The notes: generated by a model not told the origin, from the sequence alone. Positions 31,176 to 41,511 are shown, counted from the stretch's first letter. The stretch: 64,000 bases of DNA from an uncultured Collinsella sp. (GCA_958447915.1 CAUDCB010000001.1:5193-69192); one strand, 5' to 3'. Translations and numbers: made by a program.

Positions 31176-31713
31176 CGGAAACCTCCACGGTCTGGACGGT
31201 AGTCTTGGACGGCAAAAAACGGACGCGCGCGGTCGTGCCCGGCGTGCCGAGCATGGTGTCACAGGCCTTCTCGATGCGCTGCTGCATCGAGGTGGCAAGG
31301 GAAGCCACATCGTGATCGACGAGTGCGATGGCGTCGACCTTAAAACGGACGTGCGACTCGTCGGAGCCCTGGACGCGCGCCTCGATATACTCGACCATCA
31401 CGCGGTCGTCGCGCTCAGCCGCAGCACGGGCGCACGAGGAGAGAGCCGCAAGGGTGACCTCGATATTGCGCTCCCCCGCCGGATGCACGCAGGACGGCTC
31501 GCGGCGAGCAAACATCAGGCGGAAGAAGACCGCCAGCACGCCAAGCGCCACGACACCGCCGCACACTGTAACGACAATGCGCGGCATGGGGTCACGCATC
31601 AGCAGCATAAAGCGGTAGGTATATGGCCCCCAAAACTGGCAGACCAACGTGCCCAGCGCCACGACGGCGGCGGCAAGATATACGATCGCTAGGGCTCGTT
31701 TGAGCACGCGCAT
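31168..31713 (-). CDS. amaP: Alkaline shock response membrane anchor AmaP-like
   Basis: Two N-terminal TM helices plus Asp23-like domain; conserved amaP-DUF2273-asp23 order. Confidence 0.75.
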   Translation of the reverse strand: MRVLKRALAIVYLAAAVVALGTLVCQFWGPYTYRFMLLMRDPMPRIVVTVCGGVVALGVLAVFFRLMFARREPSCVHPAGERNIEVTLAALSSCARAAAERDDRVMVEYIEARVQGSDESHVRFKVDAIALVDHDVASLATSMQQRIEKACDTMLGTPGTTARVRFLPSKTTVQTVEVSGE

Positions 31714-31879
31714 GCGGCGCTCCCTTCAAATCTCGATCCACAGAATGCAAAACAATTCGCATCATTATAAAAGAGCCGGGTCCGGTGCCATACGCACGCG
31801 GATCCGGCTCATCTATTCCACGAGGCTTGCATGCTCGCTTCATTATGCCCAGATATGCACGGCTTAACCCGTGCAGGCG

Positions 31880-32686
31880 CTACTCCTCCTCGAGGGCAGC
31901 GATGACCTCGTCGGTCATGTCCATGGTGCTGTAGACGTCCTGGACGTCGTCGAGCTCCTCGAGACGGTCGATGAGGCGCTGAACCTTCTTGGCGTCGGTA
32001 CCGGAGACCTCGGTCGGGGTGGTCGGAACCATGGTGGTCTCGGAACCCTTGACCTGGACGCCCTGCTCCTCGAGTGCCTTGGAGACAGCCATGACGTCGT
32101 TGGCAGCGGTCCAGACGATCCACTCCTCGCCGGCGTCCTCGTAGTCCTCGCCACCGGCCTCGGCGATTGCCATCATGAACTCATCCTCGTCACCGGCAGC
32201 ACCGTTGGCGATCATGGTCTCCTTCTTGGCGTTCTCGTCCAGGATCTCCTTGGCGACGACGATCTGTCCCTTGCGCTCAAACTGGAAGGCGACGGAGCCG
32301 GAGGTGCCCAGGTTGCCACCAGCGTGGGAGAAGGCGGAACGGACATCGGCGGCAGTACGGTTGCGGTTGTCGGTCAGGCAGTCAACATAGACGGCGACAC
32401 CGGCGGGACCATAGCCCTCGTACACGATGTTCTCGTAGACGGCGGCATCGGCACCCGAACCAAAGGCCTTGTCGATAGCGGACTTGATCTTGTCCTTGGG
32501 CATGGACTGAGCCTTGGCCTTAGCAACGGCAGCGGCGAGGCTGGCGTTGTTCTCGGGCAGCGGGTCACCGCCGAGACGGGCAGCAACGGTGATGTTGCGG
32601 CTCAGCTTGGAGAAGAGGGCGGAACGCTTGGCGTCCTGCGCGCCCTTACGATGCTTGGTTGTGGCCCACTTAGAGTGTCCGGACAT
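31880..32686 (-). CDS. yebC: YebC/PmpR family protein
   Basis: MSGHSKWATTKHRKG, YEGYGPAG, TDNRNRT, DDVQDVY. Confidence 0.95.
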   Translation of the reverse strand: MSGHSKWATTKHRKGAQDAKRSALFSKLSRNITVAARLGGDPLPENNASLAAAVAKAKAQSMPKDKIKSAIDKAFGSGADAAVYENIVYEGYGPAGVAVYVDCLTDNRNRTAADVRSAFSHAGGNLGTSGSVAFQFERKGQIVVAKEILDENAKKETMIANGAAGDEDEFMMAIAEAGGEDYEDAGEEWIVWTAANDVMAVSKALEEQGVQVKGSETTMVPTTPTEVSGTDAKKVQRLIDRLEELDDVQDVYSTMDMTDEVIAALEEE

Positions 32687-32816
32687 ACGTGTCTCCTATC
32701 GGTTTCGACCTAAAGCCCAGCGCAGATGCTCGGGCAATATAAACAAACGTCGTTATGATATACCTACTGCCCTGCGAGATAAACCCCAAAATGAAGGCGT
32801 CGTGATGATGCCACCC

Positions 32817-32864
32817 TTTGGTGCAAAGGGCCGGTGCAAAGTAACCTGTCCCCTTTGCACCAAA
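32817..32864. repeat. Hairpin with CCTGTCCC core at gene 3' end
   Basis: tttggtgcaaaggg...taacctgtc-ccctttgcaccaaa; the left arm is partly duplicated. Confidence 0.7.
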
Positions 32865-35048
32865 TTAGGACCAGAGAAGGTCGCTGCGGGTGATGGTGGC
32901 GCCGATGGCAAAGGGCATGCAGGCGATGACCGGATACAGGTAGCGCATATAGGTCGAGCCGTTGCAGGGACCGATCAGGCACACGGCGAGCACGCCCAAC
33001 AGCGGCACCCAGATCGCCAGCGCACGCCATGAATGACGACGCAGCAGGTAGACCACCACGGCGATCATGATCCACACATAGGTGGCCGAGCTCATGGTGA
33101 GCGAGATAAACGGGATGCGCTGTACTGCTACGCGATACAGGTTGATCAGGTGGTCGCACCAGCGCACAACCTTGCTATCGACCGGATGGAAGTCAAAGTA
33201 CTTGAGGTTATCGGGCTTCGCCATAATCTCGGCACTGCGCGCCGTGCTGTAGACCCACGCATCGCGGGCACTCGGATAAAAGTAGCCGTAGTAGTTATTG
33301 ATGAGCGCCGAGATGTAGCACTCGGGATCCTTTTTGAACATCTGCGCCCAGACCTCAAAATAGGCCTTGATGTCCTCCTGCGAGGCGTACTCGTTAAAGC
33401 AATTTTTGACGGCGTCCGACTTATCCGGGTTGTAGCGGCGGCCCAGATTGTCGTACTTGAGCACACGGTCGATCACGGCACGCTCATCGTCGGTCACCAA
33501 GCCGTCGCAAGGAGCCTCCACGATAGTGCCGTCCTCCTTAACCGTAGGGTTGACACCCGAGTTGAGGCCGTCGTGCTTTTGGACGAAACGAGCCGTCTGC
33601 TGGAACGGAATCGAGAGGATTTCGCGCTTGGAACCAGGCGTAATGTCGTGCGCCGGCATAAAGACCTTGGTGAAGTACATATTAGAGGCAAGGCAGAGTG
33701 CAAGCACCGCAAGAACTCCCATCCAGCGGAAACGCGGGATGGAGCCCGAAGGCGCAGCACCAGCCTGCTTGGCTGCGCGACGAGCCACATGCGCGTCCCA
33801 TGCGCAAAACGCCGCCGCGATTACGCATGCCGCCAGGGGAAACACCAGGCCGCCGTTGCGCAGAAACGTGGAACCCATGGCACCCAGAGCGAGCAGCAGC
33901 CAGTCATGGCGCGCAAAGAGCACGGGCCTCTGTTCGCCCGCACGCTCGGCATTGGCATCGCGACGGGGCAGGCCGCATGCCACGAGCTTCACGGCCTGCA
34001 CCAACAGCACCAAAAACGCGTCGGCAAAGAGCACGTCTTTGGTGAGCAACGCCGCGTAGTTAGAGAACATCGGCATAAACGCAAAGAACAGCAGGATCGC
34101 ACCGCGAACCGGCAGGCTCACGCCCAGTTTGCGCAGCGACGAAATGGAATAGGCCATGCAGGCAGCCGTGATGACAAATTGAGCGCAGGTATAGATGATG
34201 AGGCCCGCGTTAGCGCTGTTGAACAGCGAAAGCCCCAGTTGAACGCACGAGCCGATAATGGCCGTGTGCACTATGGGATGATGCCCGTTGAGCAGCACGT
34301 TGGGGTTGAGTAGGCGCAGGTAGTCGCTCGTGCCGTTGGGATAGTTGAACCACTGGCGAATCTGCGCACCCGTATCTCCCATAAAAAGGCCGGGCAGCGA
34401 AGCGATGAGCGTGGGCGCCCAGGCGATCATAAGCACCAGGAAGGGCCCGGCAAAGGGATGGACCGAGAGCACGGCGTGAGCCACACGCCATATGCGGCCA
34501 AAGTGCGCCTCGGAAAACGGGATGCGTCGGGAGCTCAGCCAATCCAGACACTCAAAAGCCAGATAGAAGGCCACGATCGCTAGGAGCATCCAGCCCGCGC
34601 CGCCAATCCAGGCGCAGATGATGCGGGCCTTGTCGCCAAGAACAATCTCGGCCGAGTCGATGAGGTCGTAGCTACGGCCGAACACCATGCAGATGGCGAA
34701 AAACAGCGACGGCAGAATGATCGATGGACGCCAGGTGTCGCCACGGCCAAAGAACACGTAGCGAAACGGCAGCGTGAGCAGGCAGGCAAGCGCAAGCAGC
34801 ATGACCGCGTCGGTATGGCCGGCAAACGAGAGGAGCACCTCGTAGCACACGTACAGCATGCCCGAGGCTTTGGGGTCAATCGCCAAGACTGCGTTGCTCG
34901 ACACCGGGGCGGGATCGATGGAAAACGCCGTGGTCGCCAACAGCGCGAGCAGAAATGCGATGAGCGTCTGCTTGGCGGGGTAGCGCTTAAACCAGACGAT
35001 GCGAGCCGCGTCGCGCGCAGCCGTTGTGGAGAGATCGGAATCCTTCAC
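32865..35048 (-). CDS. Polytopic membrane protein (DUF6020-like, possible GT-C glycosyltransferase)
   Basis: Many TM segments; PG...DT...Q, NGHHP, KDVLF, RNGG and MRYLYP motifs. Confidence 0.7.
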   Translation of the reverse strand: MKDSDLSTTAARDAARIVWFKRYPAKQTLIAFLLALLATTAFSIDPAPVSSNAVLAIDPKASGMLYVCYEVLLSFAGHTDAVMLLALACLLTLPFRYVFFGRGDTWRPSIILPSLFFAICMVFGRSYDLIDSAEIVLGDKARIICAWIGGAGWMLLAIVAFYLAFECLDWLSSRRIPFSEAHFGRIWRVAHAVLSVHPFAGPFLVLMIAWAPTLIASLPGLFMGDTGAQIRQWFNYPNGTSDYLRLLNPNVLLNGHHPIVHTAIIGSCVQLGLSLFNSANAGLIIYTCAQFVITAACMAYSISSLRKLGVSLPVRGAILLFFAFMPMFSNYAALLTKDVLFADAFLVLLVQAVKLVACGLPRRDANAERAGEQRPVLFARHDWLLLALGAMGSTFLRNGGLVFPLAACVIAAAFCAWDAHVARRAAKQAGAAPSGSIPRFRWMGVLAVLALCLASNMYFTKVFMPAHDITPGSKREILSIPFQQTARFVQKHDGLNSGVNPTVKEDGTIVEAPCDGLVTDDERAVIDRVLKYDNLGRRYNPDKSDAVKNCFNEYASQEDIKAYFEVWAQMFKKDPECYISALINNYYGYFYPSARDAWVYSTARSAEIMAKPDNLKYFDFHPVDSKVVRWCDHLINLYRVAVQRIPFISLTMSSATYVWIMIAVVVYLLRRHSWRALAIWVPLLGVLAVCLIGPCNGSTYMRYLYPVIACMPFAIGATITRSDLLWS

Positions 35049-35068
35049 AGTCCGAAAGCCTTTCTAGA

Positions 35069-35121
35069 AACCTGCCAAAAAGGGACAGGTTTATTTTGGC
35101 AGGTTTTATCTGGGGAAATGT
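35069..35121. repeat. Dispersed ~52-bp hairpin repeat, family A copy 3 (inverted)
   Basis: Reverse complement reads acatttccccagataaaacctgccaaaataaacctgtccctttttggcaggtt. Confidence 0.9.
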
Positions 35122-35192
35122 TACGGTTCTGTCATCATTGCCCAGCAAACCACCACAAAGGTGCCTGCCCCCTTTGTGGTGGTATGTGGGGG

Positions 35193-36014
35193 TTAAGCGT
35201 CGAGGTAGATGCGCTGGGGGCGATTGCGGTGTCGGGCGAAGATGATGAGCGCCAGGCCCGCAATAACGAGCGGAAGGCTCAGCAGCTGACCCATCGTGAT
35301 GACGCCGCCCAGCAGATAGCCAAGCTGGGCGTCGGGCACGCGCACGAACTCGACGAGGAAGCGGACGATGCCGTAACCCATCACAAACACGCCCATAAAC
35401 GTGCCCTGGGGCAGTAGCGGCTTTTTGCGGCTGAGCACCTGCAGGATGCAGAAGAGCACAATGCCCTCAAGAAATGCCTCGTAGAGTTGGGAGGGGTGAC
35501 GCGGCATATCGCCCGCAGTCCCGCCAAAGACCACACCCCAGGGCAAATCGGTCGGCTTGCCCCACAGCTCACCGTTGACAAAGTTGGCACAACGGCCCAG
35601 ACACAAGGCCAGCGGCGCGCCGATGACGGCAAGGTCTGCCAGAGTCCATGCATCGAGCTTATACATGCGGCACACGATGATGCCGCCCAAGATGCCGCCG
35701 ACCAGGCCACCGTGGAAGCTCATGCCGCCTTCGTTGGTGGCAAAGATCTCGAGCGGGTGCGCCCAGTAGTAGCCATCACCGTAAAAGACGACGTAGAACA
35801 GGCGCGCACCGATAATGAGGCCAAAGACCACGCCGACCACGACACTCGTCAGGTCGTCAATCGTGATGCTAAAGCCCCAGCGACGCTGCGTGCGGTACAT
35901 GACGACCGCCGTGAGCAGGGCGCCGACCACATAGGCCAGACCATACCAGTAAATCGTGATGGGCCCCGCCGAAATCGCGACGGGATCAAGCATATGGTAG
36001 AAGTCGTTGAGCAT
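35193..36014 (-). CDS. lgt: Prolipoprotein diacylglyceryl transferase
   Basis: WYGLAY, GARLFYV, GGMSFHGG, GRCANFVNGELWG, RHPSQLYE; AGGAGG RBS. Confidence 0.96.
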   Translation of the reverse strand: MLNDFYHMLDPVAISAGPITIYWYGLAYVVGALLTAVVMYRTQRRWGFSITIDDLTSVVVGVVFGLIIGARLFYVVFYGDGYYWAHPLEIFATNEGGMSFHGGLVGGILGGIIVCRMYKLDAWTLADLAVIGAPLALCLGRCANFVNGELWGKPTDLPWGVVFGGTAGDMPRHPSQLYEAFLEGIVLFCILQVLSRKKPLLPQGTFMGVFVMGYGIVRFLVEFVRVPDAQLGYLLGGVITMGQLLSLPLVIAGLALIIFARHRNRPQRIYLDA

Positions 36015-36123
36015 GTCGACCCTCCTACTCCCTACATACAAATTCGGCCGCGGGCCTTGCGCTCGCAGCCGCATATTTGGGCGTAACGTCTATGCGGAGT
36101 ATGCCGTCCGCAGCTTTCGCATC

Positions 36124-36402
36124 TTAGAACGGCGCGTACTCGTCGTACAGGTCGTCGGTCTCGCCGGAGGCATTAACCTGCTCGACACGGGTAACGCCGG
36201 GCACATGCTCCTTGAGGATACGCTCGATACCCATGGACAGGGTCAGCGCGCTCATAGGGCAGCCGGCGCAGGCACCCTGCAGCTCCAGTTTGACGACGCC
36301 CTCGTCGTCAACACCCACATACTCCATATCGCCGCCGTCAGCCTGCAGGTTGGGGCGGATCTCCTCAAGAACCTTCTTAAGCAGCTCTTCGTTAACAGCC
36401 AC
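36124..36402 (-). CDS. NifU C-terminal (Nfu) domain protein
   Basis: IRPNLQADGGD, GACAGCPMS CxxC. Confidence 0.92.
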   Translation of the reverse strand: MAVNEELLKKVLEEIRPNLQADGGDMEYVGVDDEGVVKLELQGACAGCPMSALTLSMGIERILKEHVPGVTRVEQVNASGETDDLYDEYAPF

Positions 36403-36579
36403 AGGGGCTCCTTTCTCACAATTACGCGGGCGCGCCCGCGGACAGAAGCTATGTTACTACAGCCGTGTACCCGCTCACGAGCCGTCCATGCGCGCAGACG
36501 CGACTTTCACGAGCAGTCAATTTGGGACGGGGCTCTTTTAGCTGCTTTTGCCGGCGCCCGACGCTAACACAGGCTGCTG

Positions 36580-37104
36580 CTACTGCTGAGCCTGTTCCCC
36601 AGTGCCAATGTGTACATCGACGATAACTTGGCGGTAGCTGATGCCACAGGAGTCGAGGATGCGGCGGCTGATGCGTCCATCATCGGTGTCGGCGTACTTG
36701 TTGTCCAGGTAGACAACCTCGCCCACGCCCACCTGCGCCAGGATTTTGGCGCAGTCGTGGCACGGGAACAGCGTGACGTAGACCGTGGAACCCTCGAGGT
36801 CCTTGAGCGAGCCACGGTAGTTGAGCACGGCATTGGCCTCGGCATGCACCACGTAATTGTGCTTGTCCTGTAGCGGGTCGTCGCTCGTACCCCACGGGAA
36901 AAAGTCGTCGTTGAGCGCCGAGGGCGTGCCGTTGTAACCCACCGAAAGGATGCGGTGGTTGGTGCTGGCGATGCACGCTCCCACCTGCGTGTTGGGGTCC
37001 TTGCTGCGGCGCTGCGCGGCGATGGCCACGCTCATAAAGAACTCGTCCCAGCTAATAACGTCGCGGCGCTTGCCCGACACGGTTTGATGAAGATCGTCCG
37101 ACAT
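36580..37104 (-). CDS. dCMP deaminase
   Basis: WDEFFM, RSKDPNTQVGA, GYNG, HAEANA, PCHDC. Confidence 0.92.
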   Translation of the reverse strand: MSDDLHQTVSGKRRDVISWDEFFMSVAIAAQRRSKDPNTQVGACIASTNHRILSVGYNGTPSALNDDFFPWGTSDDPLQDKHNYVVHAEANAVLNYRGSLKDLEGSTVYVTLFPCHDCAKILAQVGVGEVVYLDNKYADTDDGRISRRILDSCGISYRQVIVDVHIGTGEQAQQ

Positions 37105-37186
37105 GGCAGACACCTCCGCAATCGCAATAGTTTGGCCCATTGTAGCAGGTGAAAGGTAGGGGCGCTTATCCCACCAGCCCCTCGCC

Positions 37187-38038
37187 CTACGCGCGGCGGG
37201 GCTTTTGGTTGATGCGGTAGAGCTCGGCGAGACCCCGCAACGTCAGCGCGTCGTCTACCGTCAGGCTATGGCCGACCAGCGCCGCAAGTGCCTCGGCATC
37301 GTCGCCGGTAATGACGATGGGCACATCGCCCTCCCCCGCGGCCTTGGTCGCGCGCATCTCGGCAAGCACCATGTCGAGCATTCCGTCGATGCGGGCTACC
37401 TCGCCCAAAACCACACCCGAGCGCATGGCCTCGCGCGTGTTGCGTCCGATGACGTGCGTTGGCGCCGAGGGCTCAACCTGGGGTAGGCGCGCTGCTGCCG
37501 CCGAAAGCGAACGGGCGCCGAGGGCCAGGCCTGGCGCGATAACGCCGCCCACAAAGGTACCGTGCGCGTCGATGACCTCGATATTGGTCGTCGTGCCCAG
37601 GTCAATCACGATGCACGGCGAGCCGTAGACGGCGCGGGCCGCCACGGCATCGGCGATGCGGTCGGGACCGATCTCGGCCGGGTCATCGTAGTGCACAGGC
37701 ATGCCGGTCTTGAGACCCGGCCCCACGGTGAGCACGCGCCCCGTGCAGGTGCGGGAAAGCGCCGTCTTCCAAGGGCGCTCGAGCGCCGGGACTACACAGC
37801 TCAGCACGGCCGCGGCGGGTGCAAGCACCCCGGGCACACCTGCATCGGCGGCGAGCGCGCCCATGACCTGTACAAGTCGCATGCGTGCCTCGTCGGCCGT
37901 AATGCTCGACGGCGTCGTGATCTCGCATGTCGCAAGCGGACATTCCTGCGCCGCGGCCGAATCCTCTGCAAACAGGCCAAAGCGAATGAACGTGTTGCCC
38001 ACGTCGACCGTCAATATATATGCGCACCCATTAAGCAT
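37187..38038 (-). CDS. coaX: Type III pantothenate kinase
   Basis: VDVGNT, IGPDR, IDLGTTT, GGVIAPG, VIGRNT, LTLRGL. Confidence 0.93.
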   Translation of the reverse strand: MLNGCAYILTVDVGNTFIRFGLFAEDSAAAQECPLATCEITTPSSITADEARMRLVQVMGALAADAGVPGVLAPAAAVLSCVVPALERPWKTALSRTCTGRVLTVGPGLKTGMPVHYDDPAEIGPDRIADAVAARAVYGSPCIVIDLGTTTNIEVIDAHGTFVGGVIAPGLALGARSLSAAAARLPQVEPSAPTHVIGRNTREAMRSGVVLGEVARIDGMLDMVLAEMRATKAAGEGDVPIVITGDDAEALAALVGHSLTVDDALTLRGLAELYRINQKPRRA

Positions 38039-38075
38039 CGTCGGCGCTCCTTTCGTCTGCCCAGCAGTATATCCC

Positions 38076-38153
38076 GATGATTATTCTGGGACGGGGATTT
38101 AAAAATCATTGCGTACCTGATGATTTTTAAATCCCCGTCCCAGAATAATCATC
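38076..38153. repeat. Perfect 34-bp inverted repeat with 10-nt loop
   Basis: gatgattattctgggacggggatttaaaaatcat-tgcgtacctg-atgatttttaaatccccgtcccagaataatcatc. Confidence 0.92.
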
Positions 38154-38327
38154 CTTCGGCTTCGCTTGGGATAGCTAAAAAAGCCCAGTCCCAAATTAAC
38201 TGCCGTGCCGCTATACTGGTGCGCGGTCGTTTGCGAGCTCACGCGGCGGCCCTTGGTAACCCGACTTCCCGCGCCGTATCCGTAACGGCGCTCCCGGGGG
38301 AAGCGGATATACGCAAAGGAGTTTTAT

Positions 38328-40031
38328 ATGAGCAATCCCTCGAACCGCGCTTCGATGCGCGGGCAACTCACGCTGCGCGGCGTCGTCATCGGCGTCCTTG
38401 GCTGCGTGATCATCACGGCAAGCTCGGCCTACACGGCCCTCAAGATGGGTGCACTCCCCTGGCCGATTATTTTCGCTGCCGTCATCTCGCTGTTCTTCCT
38501 GAAGCTCATGGGCAACGCCAGCCTCAACGAGGCCAACGTCACCCACACCATCATGTCCGCGGGCGCCATGGTCGCCGGCGGCCTGGCGTTTACCATCCCG
38601 GGCGCCTGGATGCTGGGCTATGCCGACCAGATCAGCTGGCTCGACATGTTTATCGTGGCACTCGCCGGCACCATCTTGGGCCTGCTGGCAACGGCGCTCA
38701 TCCACCGCCACTTTATCGTGGACGCCGCGCTGGAGTTTCCCACCGGCAATGCCGCAGCTCAGACACTGCGCGCCACCGAGGCCGGCGGCAAGACCGGCAA
38801 GCAGCTCTTTGGCTCCATGGCCATCGCAGGCATCTACAGCGTGCTTCGCGACGCTCTGGGCGTGGTGCCCAGCATGCTGTGCACGCTCAATATCCCCGGC
38901 GTGACCTTTGCCATCTATAACTCGCCCATGCTGCTCTCCATCGGCTTTTTGGTTGGCTTCGCCCCGGTTGCCTTCTGGTTTGCCGGCGCGCTGCTAGGTA
39001 ACTTTGGCATCATCGTGGGCGGCACCGCTGCCGGTCTATTCGGCGTTGTGACTGCGCAGGGCATCGTCAAATCGCTCGGCATGGGCCTCATGATGGGCTT
39101 TGGCGTCGCCGTCGTCCTCAAGGACATCCTGCCGCAGGTCGCCGGCATCGCCCGCGGCCTCGCCGCCGACAGCTCCAGCGACACCGACGAGCAGTCGCTC
39201 ATCTCGGGCTCGCTTAAGCTCGACGCCGGCATCATCGGCCTGGGTACTGCCGCCATCGCCGTGATCGTCGCCATCGCGCTCGACCTTGGCCCCGTCCCGG
39301 CCGTCATCGTCACGCTGTTCACCTTTGTCACCACCATCATGAGCGCGCAGAGCTGCGGCCAGACGGGCATCGACCCCATGGAGATCTTCGGCCTCATCGT
39401 CATGCTCATCGTGGCTGCCTTCGCACAGATCGCCCAGGTCAAGCTGTTCTTTATCGCCGGCATCGTGGCCGTGGCATGCGGCCTTGCGGGCGACGTCATG
39501 AACGACTTTAAGGCCGGCGCCGTGCTGGGTACCAACCCGCGTGCGCAGTGGATCGGCCAGGCCATCGGCGGCATCGTGGGCGCCCTGGTCGCCGCTGCCG
39601 TCATGGTCGCGCTCGTCACCGCCTATGGTCCGGATGCTTTCGGCCCCGACAAGAGCTTTGTGGCCGCGCAGGCAAGCGTCGTCGCCACCATGGTCTCGGG
39701 CATCCCGAGCGTGCCGTGGTTCGCAGGCGGCTTTATCGCCGGCATCGTCATGTACTGGCTCGGCATTCCGGCCATGATGATCGGCCTAGGCGTGTACCTA
39801 CCGTTCTACATGTCGCTCACGGCCTTCTTGGGCTCCTGCGTCAAGCTCGCCTACGACAAGTGGGCCGCACGCCGCGACGCCGCTGCCGGTCTATCGGACG
39901 AGGAGAAGGCCTCCAAGGATGCCGCCTTCCAGGAGCAGGGCCTGGTCGTCGCCAGCGGCCTGCTCGGCGGCGAGTCCATCGTCGGCGTTATCCTGGCGTT
40001 TGTCTCTGTTGGCCTGAGCCTGCTAGGGTAG
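38328..40031 (+). CDS. OPT/YSL family oligopeptide transporter
   Basis: QLTLRGV, YTALKMG, FTIP, LEFPTG, MNDFKAG, GVYLPF, SGLLGGESI. Confidence 0.9.
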   Translation: MSNPSNRASMRGQLTLRGVVIGVLGCVIITASSAYTALKMGALPWPIIFAAVISLFFLKLMGNASLNEANVTHTIMSAGAMVAGGLAFTIPGAWMLGYADQISWLDMFIVALAGTILGLLATALIHRHFIVDAALEFPTGNAAAQTLRATEAGGKTGKQLFGSMAIAGIYSVLRDALGVVPSMLCTLNIPGVTFAIYNSPMLLSIGFLVGFAPVAFWFAGALLGNFGIIVGGTAAGLFGVVTAQGIVKSLGMGLMMGFGVAVVLKDILPQVAGIARGLAADSSSDTDEQSLISGSLKLDAGIIGLGTAAIAVIVAIALDLGPVPAVIVTLFTFVTTIMSAQSCGQTGIDPMEIFGLIVMLIVAAFAQIAQVKLFFIAGIVAVACGLAGDVMNDFKAGAVLGTNPRAQWIGQAIGGIVGALVAAAVMVALVTAYGPDAFGPDKSFVAAQASVVATMVSGIPSVPWFAGGFIAGIVMYWLGIPAMMIGLGVYLPFYMSLTAFLGSCVKLAYDKWAARRDAAAGLSDEEKASKDAAFQEQGLVVASGLLGGESIVGVILAFVSVGLSLLG

Positions 40032-40056
40032 GCTGAACAACAACGCACCAGCGCAG

Positions 40057-40095
40057 AGCGCGGGGTCGGAATCAAACCGGCCCCGCGCTTTTTTG
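40057..40095 (+). terminator. Intrinsic terminator after the OPT gene
   Basis: agcgcggggtcgg...ccggccccgcgct followed by tttttt. Confidence 0.8.
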
Positions 40096-40246
40096 TCTAT
40101 TTGACTCTTATGATCCTCACGGCGTTTTAGCCATGTCGATTGTCCTGACTTCCAGGTCAACAAACCTTGTCCGACACCTCGCCTAACGCGGTGTAGAGTA
40201 AAGACGACAGACGCAAGAAGCGGCTCAGAAGCTAAACGAGGTAAGC

Positions 40247-41386
40247 ATGGAACTCGACAAACAACAGATCAAGCGGCTGCGCGAGCGTCATCATCGTCGT
40301 CACGGTATACGCCCTGCACACAGCGAGGCCATGGAGAATGCCACCCGTTTCCTTAAGCAGGCGTTCAACATACGCGAGGGACGCGCGCCCTATCACGTGA
40401 TTCGCAAGCGCTTTGTAAACGGGGCGCGCCTGACTGGCTCACACTTATGCATCCTGATCATTGCCATGTTGATCGCGAGCATCGGCCTCGATATCGACTC
40501 GGATATCGCCATTGTAGGTGCCATGCTCATCTGCCCGCTCATGGGCTCGGTCCTTGCCATGGCATACGGCATTGCCACGCTCGACCGCGAGATTGCCGTC
40601 GAGGCAATTGCCGGCCTCGCGCTGCAGATGGTCTTTTGTCTAATCACGTCCACGCTGTACTTTAAGCTCTCGCCCCTTGGCACCACCACGGCCGCCATCA
40701 TCGACAACTCGACACCGACTGTGTGGGACCTTGCCGTCGCGCTCGCGGGCGGCTTTGCGGGCGGACTGGGCAACTCGCGCGACCAGGAACCCGCCACGCT
40801 CATCGCCGGCGTGGCCGTGGCGACCGCGCTCATGCCGCCCCTGTGCGCGGCGGGCTATGGCATCGCCATCGCAAGCGGGTCGCTGTTTCTTTCAGCCCTC
40901 TACGAGTTTGGCGTCAACGTGGTCTTTATCGCACTGGCTGCCGAAGCCGTGCTGCTTCTTTTGCGCGTGCCGCTCAAGCGCGACCTCAACGGCGACGGCA
41001 TTGTGACCGCCGAGGAAAACGCCGAGGTCGATGAGCTGTCACACAAGGTGCGCCGCCGCATCATCGTGGGCACGGTGATCTTTGCCATCCCCTGCATCGT
41101 TATGACGGCGGGGTCTATTGGCGCGGCGCAGGCCGGCGTGCAGGACGGTTACGGCGTCACCGAAACCACGCGCGAGCTTGCCGCGGTGCTGCCGGGCTTT
41201 AAGGATTACACCGTTGCCGTCGAGACCTCGGCCACCGAAGACGAGGAGGAGGGCCTTGTCGAGCGCGAGGTTGTCGCCCATGTGACGACAAGCGAGGCGC
41301 TTGGGGCACACGACCGCCGTGTAGCCCGCAAGCTCATCGACCTCAATGTGCCCGAGCTCGATCGCGTGGAGTTTGATGTGCAGTAA
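40247..41386 (+). CDS. DUF389 membrane protein
   Basis: IASIGL, VGAMLICPLMG, GVAVATALMPPLC motifs. Confidence 0.85.
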   Translation: MELDKQQIKRLRERHHRRHGIRPAHSEAMENATRFLKQAFNIREGRAPYHVIRKRFVNGARLTGSHLCILIIAMLIASIGLDIDSDIAIVGAMLICPLMGSVLAMAYGIATLDREIAVEAIAGLALQMVFCLITSTLYFKLSPLGTTTAAIIDNSTPTVWDLAVALAGGFAGGLGNSRDQEPATLIAGVAVATALMPPLCAAGYGIAIASGSLFLSALYEFGVNVVFIALAAEAVLLLLRVPLKRDLNGDGIVTAEENAEVDELSHKVRRRIIVGTVIFAIPCIVMTAGSIGAAQAGVQDGYGVTETTRELAAVLPGFKDYTVAVETSATEDEEEGLVEREVVAHVTTSEALGAHDRRVARKLIDLNVPELDRVEFDVQ

Positions 41387-41511
41387 TACGCGACGTGGGA
41401 CGGATGCGCGCAGCCGCGAGTCACGACATGGCGCAGACGTGACGCGGGCCACGAGCAAATAGCGGGGCGCGGTCCATGGCCGCGCCCCGCTCGCTGATTT
41501 ATTGCCGTGAA

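Noticed and set aside
38224..38327. preQ1-II, SAM-III or purine riboswitch identity for the OPT leader
   Set aside because: Only short fragments resemble each (gcggata..cgcaaaggag; ccttggtaacccga; ccgtaa loop); the required stems and order do not match
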